A stretch of DNA of 64,000 nucleotides from Leptogorgia sarmentosa (Eukaryota), in assembly GCA_964658305.1 (NCBI GenBank), contig OZ210885.1, positions 3,038,001 through 3,102,000 of the forward strand, read 5' to 3'. Below are positions 13,575-25,500 of the stretch, piece by piece (position 1 is the first letter of the stretch; the number at the start of each line of letters is the position of its first letter). The translations under genes were made by a program, and so were the position numbers. Below the pieces are notes generated by a model. That model made no database searches. It saw only the letters and a program-made list of their open reading frames with translations, and was not told where the DNA came from.

Positions 13575-16500
13575 ATGTTTCTTTGTCGGGAGAGAATCAA
13601 CATTGTTGAATTCAGATATTCCATATTTATTGCAGCAAAAATTTTTTTTTGTTCTACAATTTTGTTGTATTTTGGTGCAACTTTCATTGATGGAAACAAC
13701 GATATTCCATTTTGTCATAAGCTGTGGGCTGAGCTTGGGGAGGAAATGAGAGAGACCAACAAATATTTCGAATCCAGAAGAATTTCCCACAGACAAACTT
13801 GTTTTTACGAAGGTATAGCTATTTGTCTATTTTAGTTTGCTGTTGTTTCTCTGGTGCCCAGTAAAGCTAAACATGAAATTTTATGTATTTTTCAGGTCCT
13901 TATCCAGAGCCATATGTATTGGTGAAGAGTAAAGCGAAGATTGCAGTCGTTGATTTGACATCGGTGTATTCGACACCCGTCATTGAGGGGTTGAATCAAA
14001 GTGCCAAATCCTATGGCTGGGAGATTGATCCCGTGGAAAGAAAAATGTATTTTGAAAATTTCCAACAAATTTATGGATCAAATTTTGATGGATCGGGCAA
14101 ACAACTTGTTTCAGACGAAAGAGAAAATTCGTTTATTTCGTTGTTTACATTGGACTGGATCGGAAAACATCTGTTCTTCGTAAAATCATTTGAAAGGGAT
14201 AGAATCATGACAAGTACTCTAAACTTTACGTTTATCAGAACATTTTTGATAAAGAACAAGACTATATCGAGTTTGGCGGTGGATTCTAACGCTGGGTAAG
14301 TTTATTTACATGTTCTGAAAACTTCATCTTGTTTTAAGCTGATGTTACACTGGATGATTTTCAACGACTCACAATGCAAATGAAGTTGCACGAGATTTGA
14401 TTGGTTAAGCAGACCGTTGCAGTGCGAATTGTCGTTGAAAATCGTTTTGTGTAACATCGGCTTTATTACTTTTTACCATTGTACTAAATTAGCAAATACG
14501 CGCATTCCTTGATTTGCGTTCAATTAGGGCAATTATATTTTCGAATACATAAAGGAATATTACAATTAATCATTGAATGCTCAAGCGATCTTCCAACAAC
14601 GGCCGAACGATTTGAGAAAAAAAATTAACAGATAATGACAAAAATCTAAACGGTTTTAAAAACGTTTTGAGAAGCCGTTCGAACCGTATTAACTCCTGAC
14701 CGGCCTCCATGCATTCCAACACCATGCTCGCTTCCTGTTATAATTAAATACTTTTTTCCGAGTACGTTTCCTAACAATCTTATCCAGTTTATCTATCCAT
14801 ATTGCAACAACTCTATCTAGCTATATAGATAGCAGTCTATGTTTACAGACTGCAATACTCGTTAGCGGTAACAATGCCAACAAAACCTTTCAATGATGAA
14901 TTGTTTGGCGATTTTATGTTAAATAGTTGGCTCTTTTATGGTAATGAGTATTCCTTGTCACGAATAAATTTTGGTGGAACAGGAAATCAGGAATTCAAAA
15001 TAAATATCAGAAATTTTTCGATTACAATTGATCTCGGAACAAGACGAGTTTATCTTGTTGGAGTTGGTATCCACGAAAATATTATCGTGTCCATGGATTA
15101 TGACGGTCGCAATAATAAAAGAATAGTGGCAGCTGGAGATAGGATCGACGCGATGGCTGTTTTTGGAGGTATACTGTACTGGCACAAGCACAACACAAAT
15201 GTCGTACGTGTTATTAATGCAACCACCATGGAAATAAATCGTAATATTTCTCTGCCAAAGCAATGGTCCACATTGAATGATCTGAAAATCATCGACACAC
15301 TACACCAACGAATTGGTGAGTTTATAGCCAAAAAACGTATATTTGCAATAATATTTTAAGGAGCATGTTTATTAGATTTATATCATTAATATAGAATATC
15401 AAGCTAAATCTGTTTGGTATTATATCAAAAACTTATTTTGCTTGAAAAACATGTAGGTGGATGTCCATCTACTCCATGTGGTGTGAACGAATACTGTAGC
15501 AATATAAACTCTTTCTATTCCTGCAACTGTTATCCTGGCTTTTATCACAATGGCTCTTTTTGTACTGCAGGTAATGTATTATTGACGTTCGATAATTTAT
15601 ATGATATTATACGGCAGATAGCTTTTTTCAGCAAACTGTCTAGGCGTGCGATTTTGTTCTGAAATGCAGAATATTTTCTGGTGAAGCATATATGCATAAT
15701 TATATAACAAAATTGATAAGTAAGTAGAAAACTGTTATAGAAACATGGCGTATAAATTGAGATTCCCGCAAATGTGTACACATTGACACACAGGTAGCCT
15801 CCTCTTCACAGACGTCGACAGTGTGCTCGAAATTCTCGATCTCCCCCACCTCTCAACGTCACAATTTGCGCAGTGTATACTTCCAGTGTACTAACCTTAA
15901 AAGTACCAACCCCCGCAAGTATTTCTCTAGAAATTTCTCTCTTCGGTCTATGACCTTTGCAGGATATAAAATAAAGACCATAAATACAAAACTAGGGATC
16001 CAAGCAAAGTTTCTAAGAAGACATCGAGTTAAAACCATGCAAAAGCTTGATGTAATATATAAAACAATTAACATTTTATTGCCGAAAAGCATTTGGCCAA
16101 TCACAACAGTTTGGTGGAAAACGCGGATTGCGGATAGATAAAAATATCGACGTCATATATTATTTTCAATTTCGCAAAAGTTGAACTTAGAACAATATAT
16201 TTGTCCAATCCTTGGGTTTGGTATACAGGTTTTCTTATTGGTGAGGTTTAGTTTGTTGATGTTATTTTTCCTCATCTAACGTCACATTGTCAGGGCTTGC
16301 AGTAGCTCAAATCTAGTTTTGTTCTGTTGGAATGAGGGAGCTTTTGTCAAGTACTTATTGTTGGGGAACAATAGTTCGTCACGGTTTCTTGTGTTAGGGG
16401 GTGTTTATATAGAGGCGAGCTAGCCCGGGTACCCAGGCATAGCATTCCCCGTCATATCTTCGATCCAACGAGTTTACTAGAGCACGGAATTCTTTTTCTT

Positions 16501-19500
16501 TCCGATAATACCAATATTCATTTCTCAAAAAATTTTCGAAGCTTTAATGAGCACCGGCATTAGCGAGTTTACGATTTGTTCTTCCACGACGACGACACAG
16601 AGGATATATCATACAGAGATATAACTAATGTAAATCAATATGTAAATCACGTACCCACTTTTTTTTCAATGCGATCGGCAAAAAATGATCAACTGCGCAT
16701 GCTTGGCAAGTTTAAATTTATCAGGTCGTCATCCAATCAGATGCACGCATCTAGTAACTTGCCGAGCATGCGCACAAAAATAGTGGGTACAACAGTTACA
16801 ACTCTGTATGTATATACTCTGTGACGACGACGTCATGTCCGCCCTGCGTCGTGGTGCACGAATAAATTTAGCTTACGAAAATACGACGCATGGGACGACG
16901 TCGGCATTGTTTTGGAGCGAAAGTTAACTTGTTTTTTTAACACTTTAACAAAGGTATTTGAAAGTCTACAAGATCTACACCTTCTTTAAAAGAATTTTCG
17001 TGCATAAAAGTTTATTATTACGTTCTGAACTAGGCGAAAGAAAGGAAATCGGCCTGTTCGGTGTTGTTGCCTTTTCCGCCATCTTGGAATTTGAAGACGC
17101 GGTCAAATTAGGTTGCCTTGCGGCGTCGTGGTGAACGCGAAGCAGCCGGAAATTTGCCACGCATGCGCATATTCTTTTGCAGACGGCGTCGTCGCATTTG
17201 GTCGCATTTCGTAAACTCGCTATTATGGAATCTGGTGATCTGGCGGTATGGTGCAATAAAATCCAACGATTTCCGGGATTCCTGGAGATTCATATATTAT
17301 GCTAATGTAACGGCCCCAAATTTGGCGTAAAATGCGATCTACTTTTTGCATATAAAACGTCACTGATAAACATTAAAAAACTAAATATTTATATTTAAGA
17401 AATAGATAACGAGTCGCGTGCCATTATGCTGTTATAATGCACGAGGGAAATGATGGGAGAATACGAGAGAATCGCGTGAAACACGAGGCGTAGCCGAGTG
17501 TATTACGCGATTCTCGAGTATTCTCACAACATTGCCCAAGTGCAATTATAACAGCATAATGGCACGCGATGAGTTTTTCTATTTCTTTTATAATATAAGA
17601 GAATATTAGCGCAACAAAAAACTTCGTTATAGGAAGATCAAAATTACAATTCTCTTTACATGTAATCAAGCGTGTTCTCAAATGTTGCCAAGCAGCAACA
17701 CAGCTTTATTCCTTTAGCTGAGCGAAAGCAAACAATTCAAGCATTTTTTATGGATGTATTTTTAGTATATATGTATTTTTATTGTCTTTTTGTCAAACCA
17801 AAAAGTCGCGGGAGAAATTTAATAGCTAGATGCGTGCATTACGCTGTTATAATGCACGCTCATTAGCCAATCACGTTGCAGCTTTTACCCTACTTATATT
17901 ATAAATAAGTATAATAACTACTGATGAGCTGTGACTTTTGCAGCATTTACATACCTTCAAAAATTCAAGCCCTTCACAGAATCCTCCCGCATCACCAAAT
18001 AATCTTCGAACGTATATTTTGTGCTAACCTAGGTTCCGAGGCGCTGCGTTTTAGCGGAAGTACTGATGAGTATGCAAAATGGAATGAAGGAGCTCGAAAA
18101 GGTGGGGACGTATCTAACGGGGTAAGTAGTAGTAAATAAATTTCTATAGGTGATATTATTTGTTTTCAGGATTAGCTTCCATAAAATTTCTCTATAGTGA
18201 AAAATCGTCATCTTCAAAATATCACCATGCCATGCGTCATATGCTAACGAAGAATAAATGGCCCCATTTTTACCTTTTTCAAGCGCTCTAAATACGACTT
18301 CTCGAATGTTAATAAAGTAAGATGTATGAAAGATCAGGAGGAAGTTATCACGCAGGAAACAAGATGCTTGCTGAAACTTCTTTGAAATATGTATGCAACC
18401 TTTTATGATTAATAAATTTTTGACAGGATGATGCAACTGAGGGCGGATTGGATGCAATCACGTCATGTTTTTGGATTAAGACGGAGAGAAGAACTCTGGA
18501 GCCAACTGTGTTGTCATACGCCGTCCCAGAGCGAGACAATGAATTTCTTCTTTATTTGTCACCAGAAATAATGGTCTCTTTAAAAGAAAACCCTTGCGGT
18601 TTACAAGGGACATCAATCCGGTAGGCAAATGTAGCATATTAGACGAATATCCGGAGAACATGGGGTGGGACGTGACTCGCGTATACCACACGACGGAGAC
18701 AACACGCACGACTCCAAGAAAATGGCGGAAAATTTCATGTTTCAAAAGTTAAAATAGCGGACAATAAAGATAAAACCTACAATCTGTGAGGAAAATATTG
18801 TGAAATAATAATTATATTATAAAAAATATTGGGTTTTCCCCCGATCCCCTGTTCACAGTGAAAATGTTGGTAAATGGTAAGACATGAGCTCTTTTTAACC
18901 CCCTGTTTCGCGGTTTTACTCAAAGTTTGAAATGGGAAAAAGGGGAAAACATGGATGAAGGCTACAGTTGATATATATTGGCAGTGTCACAACTATTAAT
19001 GTCTGGGGGTTGTGCATCGAATATGTGACATGGATGAATAGTATGTGTTAATATTATTAAGTGCTTTGACAGACTGAATTGGCGAGACATGGCGTTTTTG
19101 AAACCTTGTTCAGTTGTAAAATGTTTTTATTATTGTAGAAACATATGACGAGAGTTAAAAACTTAAAACACCACGGCTGGATATCAGCTATCATTAAAAT
19201 AAAAATGTATCATTATATATCACTATTACTTGTTAGTAGAATCATACTCGTATACTATTGCAAATGCTGCAATTTGATTGGCTACTCTACTCGCTATCTA
19301 TTCCTCGATAGATAGCGAGTAGCAAAACATGTGAATTTTCGTTCAAGAAAATGTCTTCTGAGACGCGGTTTTAAATTATTTTTTGCAATATTTTCATGTT
19401 TGATCTCTGATTCTACTAAAACAATTAGATTACTCGTTCTCGATTTCTACGAGATGATAGTTGATTCGGGCTTCGCCCTCATCAACTATCACCTCATAGA

Positions 19501-20206
19501 AATCTCGAGCTCGTAATCTAATTGTTAAATATAAAACGTGCCAAGTTTCTGCCTCATGTACCTAAGTATATAATGATCTATTAAATTAAATTATTTGTAT
19601 AGTTTTATCGTTTAATGTTTCTGCTCACTGCCCCATTTTCGTTATTTCTAAAAATGAATCCCAACACATTTTCATTTTATTACTGCCCATTTCACTTTTA
19701 TTCACTGCCCACAAAATATAGGTATGAGATGAAGTTTTGACATAGTCGTGATTAATTGCTTTTTCTGAGATGGGAAAAATATAGGATTCCATAGAGCGCT
19801 CTAACTTTTAATCTTATTTTATAGCACAGGAGTTGAGGTAAGCGATGGTAAATGGCATCATGTATGCATCGCATGGAAAAGTAGTGATGGCAGTGTGGAA
19901 GCATACAAAGATGGCGTTTCTCAATTCAAAAACACTGGAGTTATCGCAGGTCAACGCATTTCGTCATCTGGCATATGGATAATAGGACAAGATCAAGACT
20001 GCTTAGGTGCAGGTTTTCAAACAAAAGACGCATTCGAAGGGTCGCTGACAGAGGTCAATGTGTGGAGCAGAGTCCTGGATGCGAACGAGATTTTCGTCCT
20101 TTCCAGAGAAAAATGTGGATTGGGAATGCAGGGAAACTATAAGGCATACAAAGATTTTGTTCCCCATGGAGGTGTTGGAAAGTTCAACCCATTTGGTTGC
20201 AATTGA
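13575..20206 (+). CDS. Secreted YWTD beta-propeller + EGF + pentraxin domain protein (paralog B), ~601 aa, 7 coding exons
   Basis: Exons 13575-13812, 13896-14295, 14927-15315, 15457-15570, 18033-18121, 18427-18620, 19825-20206, GT-AG and in frame (1806 nt). The first four exons are paralogous to gene A (exons 2 and 3 are 400 and 389 nt in both). Pentraxin motifs: ALRFSGSTDEYAKW, LDAITSCFWIKT, TVLSYAVPERDNEFLLY, DGKWHHVCIAWKSSDG, IIGQDQDCLGAGF...FEGSLTEVNVW. AATAAA at 20472. Confidence 0.8.
14337..14462. mobile_element. PIF/Harbinger-like MITE, 126 bp, TTA TSD
   Basis: tta|agctgatgttacactggatgattttcaacgac ... gtcgttgaaaatcgttttgtgtaacatcggct|tta. Confidence 0.7.
16561..17222. mobile_element. 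Non-autonomous DNA element with 14-bp TIRs, hosting a nested MITE
   Basis: tagcgagtttacga ... tcgtaaactcgcta; a related terminus occurs at ~37755. Confidence 0.6.
16596..16823. mobile_element. MITE with CA..TG termini and 7-bp TSD (family copy 1)
   Basis: acgacga|cacagag...ctctgtg|acgacga; interior shared with 60160-60343. Confidence 0.7.
17395..17904 (+). mobile_element. ~510-bp dispersed repeat with internal ~150-bp hairpin (copy 1), possibly Crypton-like non-autonomous element
   Basis: Ends TTAAGA...TTATAA; near-identical inverted copy at 21172-21679 and a decayed copy at 30771-31107; hairpin 17418-17565. Family assignment is inference. Confidence 0.8.
19225..19530. repeat. Dispersed repeat ending in ~105-bp hairpin; internal part also present at 6150-6256
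   Basis: acaattagattactcg...cgagctcgtaatctaattgt hairpin; agcgagtagcaaaacatgtgaattttcgtt...gattctactaaa is shared with intron 3 of gene A. Confidence 0.65.
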
Positions 20207-20853
20207 ACAGTAAAATTGTTTCTTAAGCTTTTTCATATTAACTAATAATGCATGTAGCAATTTACTATGGAATGTACCTAGTGTATAGTGTATACTTAAT
20301 TTTGTCATATATATGGAAGTTCACCCTATAATGATAGAAAATGTTAATGTATGGCATAAGCATTATGTAAGTTATGTCATAAACATGTAAGGCTCACTGA
20401 GTAGTAGTAATTAAAAAGATCTTAAACTTAATTAATCACTGAGTTGTTATATTAATTGAAGATTGATTATTAATAAACAATTATTGAGTGCGGTTGAGTA
20501 GGATATGAGAAATTATTAAGGTAGAGGTTTGTGTTATTTATCAATAAAGCATAGTCAATTTCAGTGCAATTTGACTTTCAATATCAAACAAATCAAAATC
20601 CATCAAGTAAAAATTTTACTGTAGTCTGTAGTTTTATTTGTTTTTAAATTTACCGCTCGCATATCGCGGGCTCGAAACCGTGGTATTTGAAAAATTAATT
20701 ACACACCTGTGTAATTAATGTTTAATTGCACAGTTGTTGAAGCTTTTTAGCCAATCAGCGTCCAGGAAATTTACTGCAATTATATTAACGACCAAATTAC
20801 GTCTTAATGTCCTATATGTGTTTTCAATATACGACATAATTACGTCATAATGT

Positions 20854-21133
20854 CCAGGTGATCTCGATACACGGAAAAGGACTGAGACTAGCTGTCAAAT
20901 AGAAATCCATTTTTCGACCGAAACAACTGAATATCTCTCATAATATACTTTATTTCGATTCCATATTTTTATCAGAGCTATAGTTCTCATAACTAAACTT
21001 AATTACAAAATTTCAAGTAGTTTCGTACAGAATAACGAAAGATATAAGCGTGTGAATGTAGCAAAATGGATTTCTATTCGGGCAACCCTTTCTGAGCGCT
21101 GATTGGCTGAAACACGAATACGAGATCACCTGG
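20854..21133. mobile_element. 280-bp MITE, 13-bp TIRs, 2-bp (GT) TSD
   Basis: gt|ccaggtgatctcg ... cgagatcacctgg|gt, inserted in a minisatellite unit whose empty form is visible alongside. Confidence 0.75.
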
Positions 21134-21171
21134 GTCGTATATGTGTTTTCAATATAGGACATAATTACGTC

Positions 21172-21679
21172 TTATAATATAAGTAGGGTAAAATCTGCAA
21201 CGTGATTGGCTAATGAGCGTGCATTATAACAGCGTAATGCACGCATCTAGCTATTAAATTTCTCCCGCGACTCTTTGGTTTGACAAAAAGACAATAAAAA
21301 TACATATATACTAAAAATACATCCATAAAAAACGCTTGAATTGTTTGCTTTCGCTCAGCTAAAGGAATAAAGCTGTGTTGCTGCTTGGCAACATTTGAGA
21401 ACACGCTTGATTACATGTAAAGAGAATTGTAATTTTGATCTTCCTAACGCAGTTTTTTGTTGCGCTAATATTCTCTTATATTATAAAAGAAATAGAAAAA
21501 CTCGTCGCGTGCCATTATGCTGTTATAATTACACTCGGGCAATGTTGTGAGAATACTCGAGAATCGCGTAAAACACTCGGCTACGCCTCGTGTTTTACGC
21601 GATTCTCTCGTATTCTCCCAACATTTCCCTCGTGCATTATAACAGCATAATGGCACGCGACTCGTTATCTATTTCTTAA
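21172..21679 (-). mobile_element. ~510-bp dispersed repeat (copy 2, inverted relative to 17395-17904)
   Basis: Reverse complement matches copy 1 with few differences; the ORF track gives the identical 64-aa peptide from both copies. Confidence 0.85.
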
Positions 21680-22555
21680 TTAATGTCGTATATGTGTTTT
21701 CAATATACGACATAATTACGTCATAATGTCGTATATATAATCTACTGTTAAGAGATGTGAAATTGGCAAGTACGAGTCTTTATTAGATTTTCCTGATGAA
21801 TTCTTTACAAATCGAACAGTCTTAATTTACATGTCTTGAAAGTAGAATTGCGTTGCAAGTTGCAAGACAAATTGCATCGTGTAACAGCGCCTTAAGACCT
21901 TCACAGGTAGTTCAAGCTCAAAAAGAATACTGGAGTATTTTGTATTCCTTATTTACTAACAAATTCTAACCTGGCGACAGTTGCCTTAAAACCTATAAAC
22001 AACAAAAATATAATGAAGAATTTCAGTGGGGACCTCGCATCAAGCTGTTTAATTATATGAAGCCTGCATAGGTCGCACTTACAGTTGAGTTTCGAGGCTT
22101 TGTAGTTTCGAGTTTTGGCTTTCACGAGACCTTTCCCACTTTAGACAAACGAATTAGGAAAACTTATAGCACAGTTTAAAAGGGCATAATGTTGAACAGG
22201 AAGATTCACAATGCCCGGCAGTATAGTTCTGACCCTCACTCAGTATAAGAGGTTATACTCAGTATACATTGATCTTGCTAAGTCTAAAAGGCTGCATAGT
22301 TTGAGACCACATAATATTATTGTTTCTTTTAAGCGGTAATCTACTGCATTTGTACATGTATATATCAGTACTTATTAGTGTGACATACAATGTCAGCTGA
22401 ATTAAATTCTTCCTAGTTTGTGTATTTCAGTTTTACATCAAGTGTTCAAAATACACACTTCAGTAAAATCCATTTCAGCCTATATAGTTACAAAAGGCAA
22501 ATTGAAGATTATGTCACGAGCATTTTCTAATTGTGCTTAATTCACGGAAACTTAA

Positions 22556-25500
22556 TTATAAAAGATCTTTCATTTCTTGAGATTCTGCACAATCTTTGTA
22601 CGACTCTCCACTTGGTGACAAGCCATCTTTATTGGCACCCTGGAAATGATTCAACAGAATGGTACAATCACTCGCTTTGTTGTCATAAATTGTGTTCTAC
22701 TCTCCTAATTCAAAAGATTGAAAATTTCAATCTTTCAACAGTTTGAAAAATAATTCAGTCTAATAGATTGAATTTCGATTGAAAAATACTGTTTCAGTGC
22801 GTAATTCGATTGAAAGTAAGTCAGTGGATAAAGACGACTGAGAATCATTTCAATCTTTGTAAAGATTTAAAATTCTAAGCCAATCATATTGCTCAAACTT
22901 CGCGTGTGCGGCAACAGCAGGCCAAGAATAAGCTTCTTTAAATCGAAAATCGATTGAAATTTGATTGAAAAGTAACTCCTTTAAGATTGATCTTTCTTTC
23001 AATCGCGCGTAGAATTGATTTTCAATAGAAAAAGTTTGGTCAGTGATTGTTCTTACGGATAAATAGATTGAATTTTCAATCGCTTGCATTTAGAGAGTAC
23101 ACAAGTTGTACAATAGCGTACTCAGAATTGCAAAAAAGCTGCGGGTACCACCCGGAGGAAGGTTTGCCATATCTGAGGTGACTGAGGAAGGTTTCAGCAG
23201 AATATTGCTAAATCAATAGGAATTAGGAATAAGAAGCCAATTTCGAATCATGTAATTTATATATTTTGCAGTTTGAAAGATTTGCAGCATGCCATTTGTA
23301 TTGAAATTTGGACGGGTGTACTTGCCAAGAAAACGTGAGACAGCGAAATCATACGCAAATACCCCCGAGTTGCACGTCTATGCATCCTTAATCTATGACA
23401 GAAGCTGCTCATGTCTCATATTTGGCGACGGTAATTCGAACCGCAATTGTAATTGTAGCAGACGCATTGACGGTCGAGGGTCCACAAAACACAGGGTCCT
23501 GTCAGTAAGTATTTTATTATATACCAAGAGTCAATGAAAGAAACAATAAAATAAAGCGGAACAGATGACAAGAACGCATGAAATATTTCCTTCTTATAAA
23601 ATACAGGCGCACGTGATTCTTTCGTTATTCCTCAGTCAACAACGTATTGTCCCTTTTCCCACAGATGTGAGGGAGGAAGACTAATTTACTACTAGTATAG
23701 CAGCCACTCAGACCTGATATGCTCTCGACGAATGAAATAGAAGAATAGAGAAACTTTGAAGATTTATATAAAAAGAAAATAGATTCACAACGACGTTTCT
23801 GTCTTTGAAAGTTCATAAAAAACACGATTGGACAATTATTTTATGATTTTTGTTTGGATCGATGGTCTGACTCAAAACACGGGTTTCGACCAATCGGAGC
23901 ACGCGTTATATACAGTACATGTTATTTTATAATTACCTTTGCTAAAAGTAATTTCACACATTCCATGTGGTCTTCGTATATTGCAGCAAGTAATGGCGTT
24001 ATTCCATGTTTATCTGGTAACTGGGAATAAACCAAAGTAAATCAGTAAATCAACTATTGTCATATTTGACATTTGAAACAGCCACTAAAAGAATCTGATT
24101 GTTTAATTGTTTGGTTGATTACGGTCACGTCAATTTAAATAAAAAGTTCCATTTTCCAAGCGTGCAATGAAATGCGTTCCGTTCGAAGAGAGTATCAGTA
24201 TTGTACACGTTTTATTCTATCGCACTCTCATGTTTTCAATAAACCCCATCCATCAAAAAGCTTTTCAAGGCAAAACAAAATTTTGACATGACAACCATCC
24301 GGTACCTGTTTGTTTTTTCTAGGTAATGACAGTTCACAAAATTCCGCTAATTGTTTGAGGTACTCTAAAATAAGCGTGGCACCAGTATGGCTCAGTCTTC
24401 GCAGACGTCGACCCTAACCTTACCGGAATATAAATAAAATTTTGAAAGAAAATTTTAAGTACGGCTTTATTTCAAAAATAAATCGTTCAAATATCTTTGG
24501 CAGAATGAAAAAAAATGACGAAAAAAATAACGCCCTGATGGGGATCGAACCCAGGCACGTTGCACGCAGTCCGTGTGCTTACCACTACACCAACCGCTCT
24601 AGCTGCCAGGTCTTACATTCAAAATCTTTATATTGTTTATTCCTAATGCTGATGTTAATATGATAATGATGATGAGTCCGACAATCTCGGAGGGGTCCGA
24701 CTGTCTACGGAAAAAAGCCAAGCGACGTTCGAAGACGAACCGGTCCCTAGTAACTATCTGAACAATACAATGAGATTTGACGATTTGACGAGAACCTTTG
24801 CTTGAAAAATCAAGTGAACTCAAATCTCGTTGTATCGTTTAGGTAGTGAATGAAACATTTTTTACAGCATTTTTGAGATGTATAAAGAGCCTTACATTTA
24901 CATTTGCACCCTGGCTGACGAGGTAACCAATCACTTCATGTTGGCCGTAATCAGCAGCAAAATGAATAGGCTTTCGTCCATTCATCAAGTCACCATTCAC
25001 ATCACATCCCTTAAAAACAAAGAAAGAAAAAGAACAATGAAAATCATAAATAACTTGGGGTATCACTCATGTCTTGCTCGCTACTCTGGTTTGTATAATT
25101 GAATACAGAGCTCCCTCGAGGTGCTCTAAATAGCTGGAAACATGCATAGTTATAGACCTATTTGGGGCTTTTCACTGGCTGATTACACCAAGTAGTAAAC
25201 TCACTTTTAACCTAAACTAGAAATTTTTACAACAATTGAGATTTTATTTCAGATCCCTATTTGTGCTTATCTTGTCTTATCTTATCTTATCTTATCTTAT
25301 CTTAAACCCATCCTGTCAACTTCCTTGTGGAAAATGGAGCTCACTGAGAAAACCCATGACATTCGGCAGAGAGTTCACTAACTCTCTACACATGAGTAAA
25401 GCACTGGGGTTTGAGTAACACCCAGACAATTTCACTGAGAACTGAACTTGCAACCTTAGAGGTGAACAGCTACGTAGTGCTGTGACCACTGTCATATTGA

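Larger units (their letters stand above)
20805..21737. repeat. 43-bp minisatellite (~3.3 units) interrupted by two insertions
   Basis: Unit taatgtcgtatatgtgttttcaatatacgacataattacgtca at 20805, split around 20854-21133, resumed at ~21680. Confidence 0.8.

Noticed and set aside
7965..13812. Genes A and B as one long gene spliced from ~8052 to 13575
   Set aside because: The possible donor at 8053 is phase 2 and the acceptor before 13575 is phase 0; B also has its own signal-peptide-like segment.
18029..18745. Minus-strand ORFs of 142 and 89 aa as a transposase within the inverted repeats
   Set aside because: No transposase motifs; they are antisense shadows of the plus-strand pentraxin exons.
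17672..21404. Identical 64-aa ORFs at 17672 (+) and 21210 (-) as duplicated genes
   Set aside because: They lie inside the inverted repeat copies, have no ATG start and no protein-like features.
20805..21737. 43-bp repeats separated by unique sequence, superficially CRISPR-like
   Set aside because: Units are tandem; the apparent spacers are 280- and 508-bp transposon insertions, there are no cas genes and the context is eukaryotic.
25062..25123. ~62-bp match to ~45068-45129
   Set aside because: Short fragment of a dispersed repeat with no further structure.
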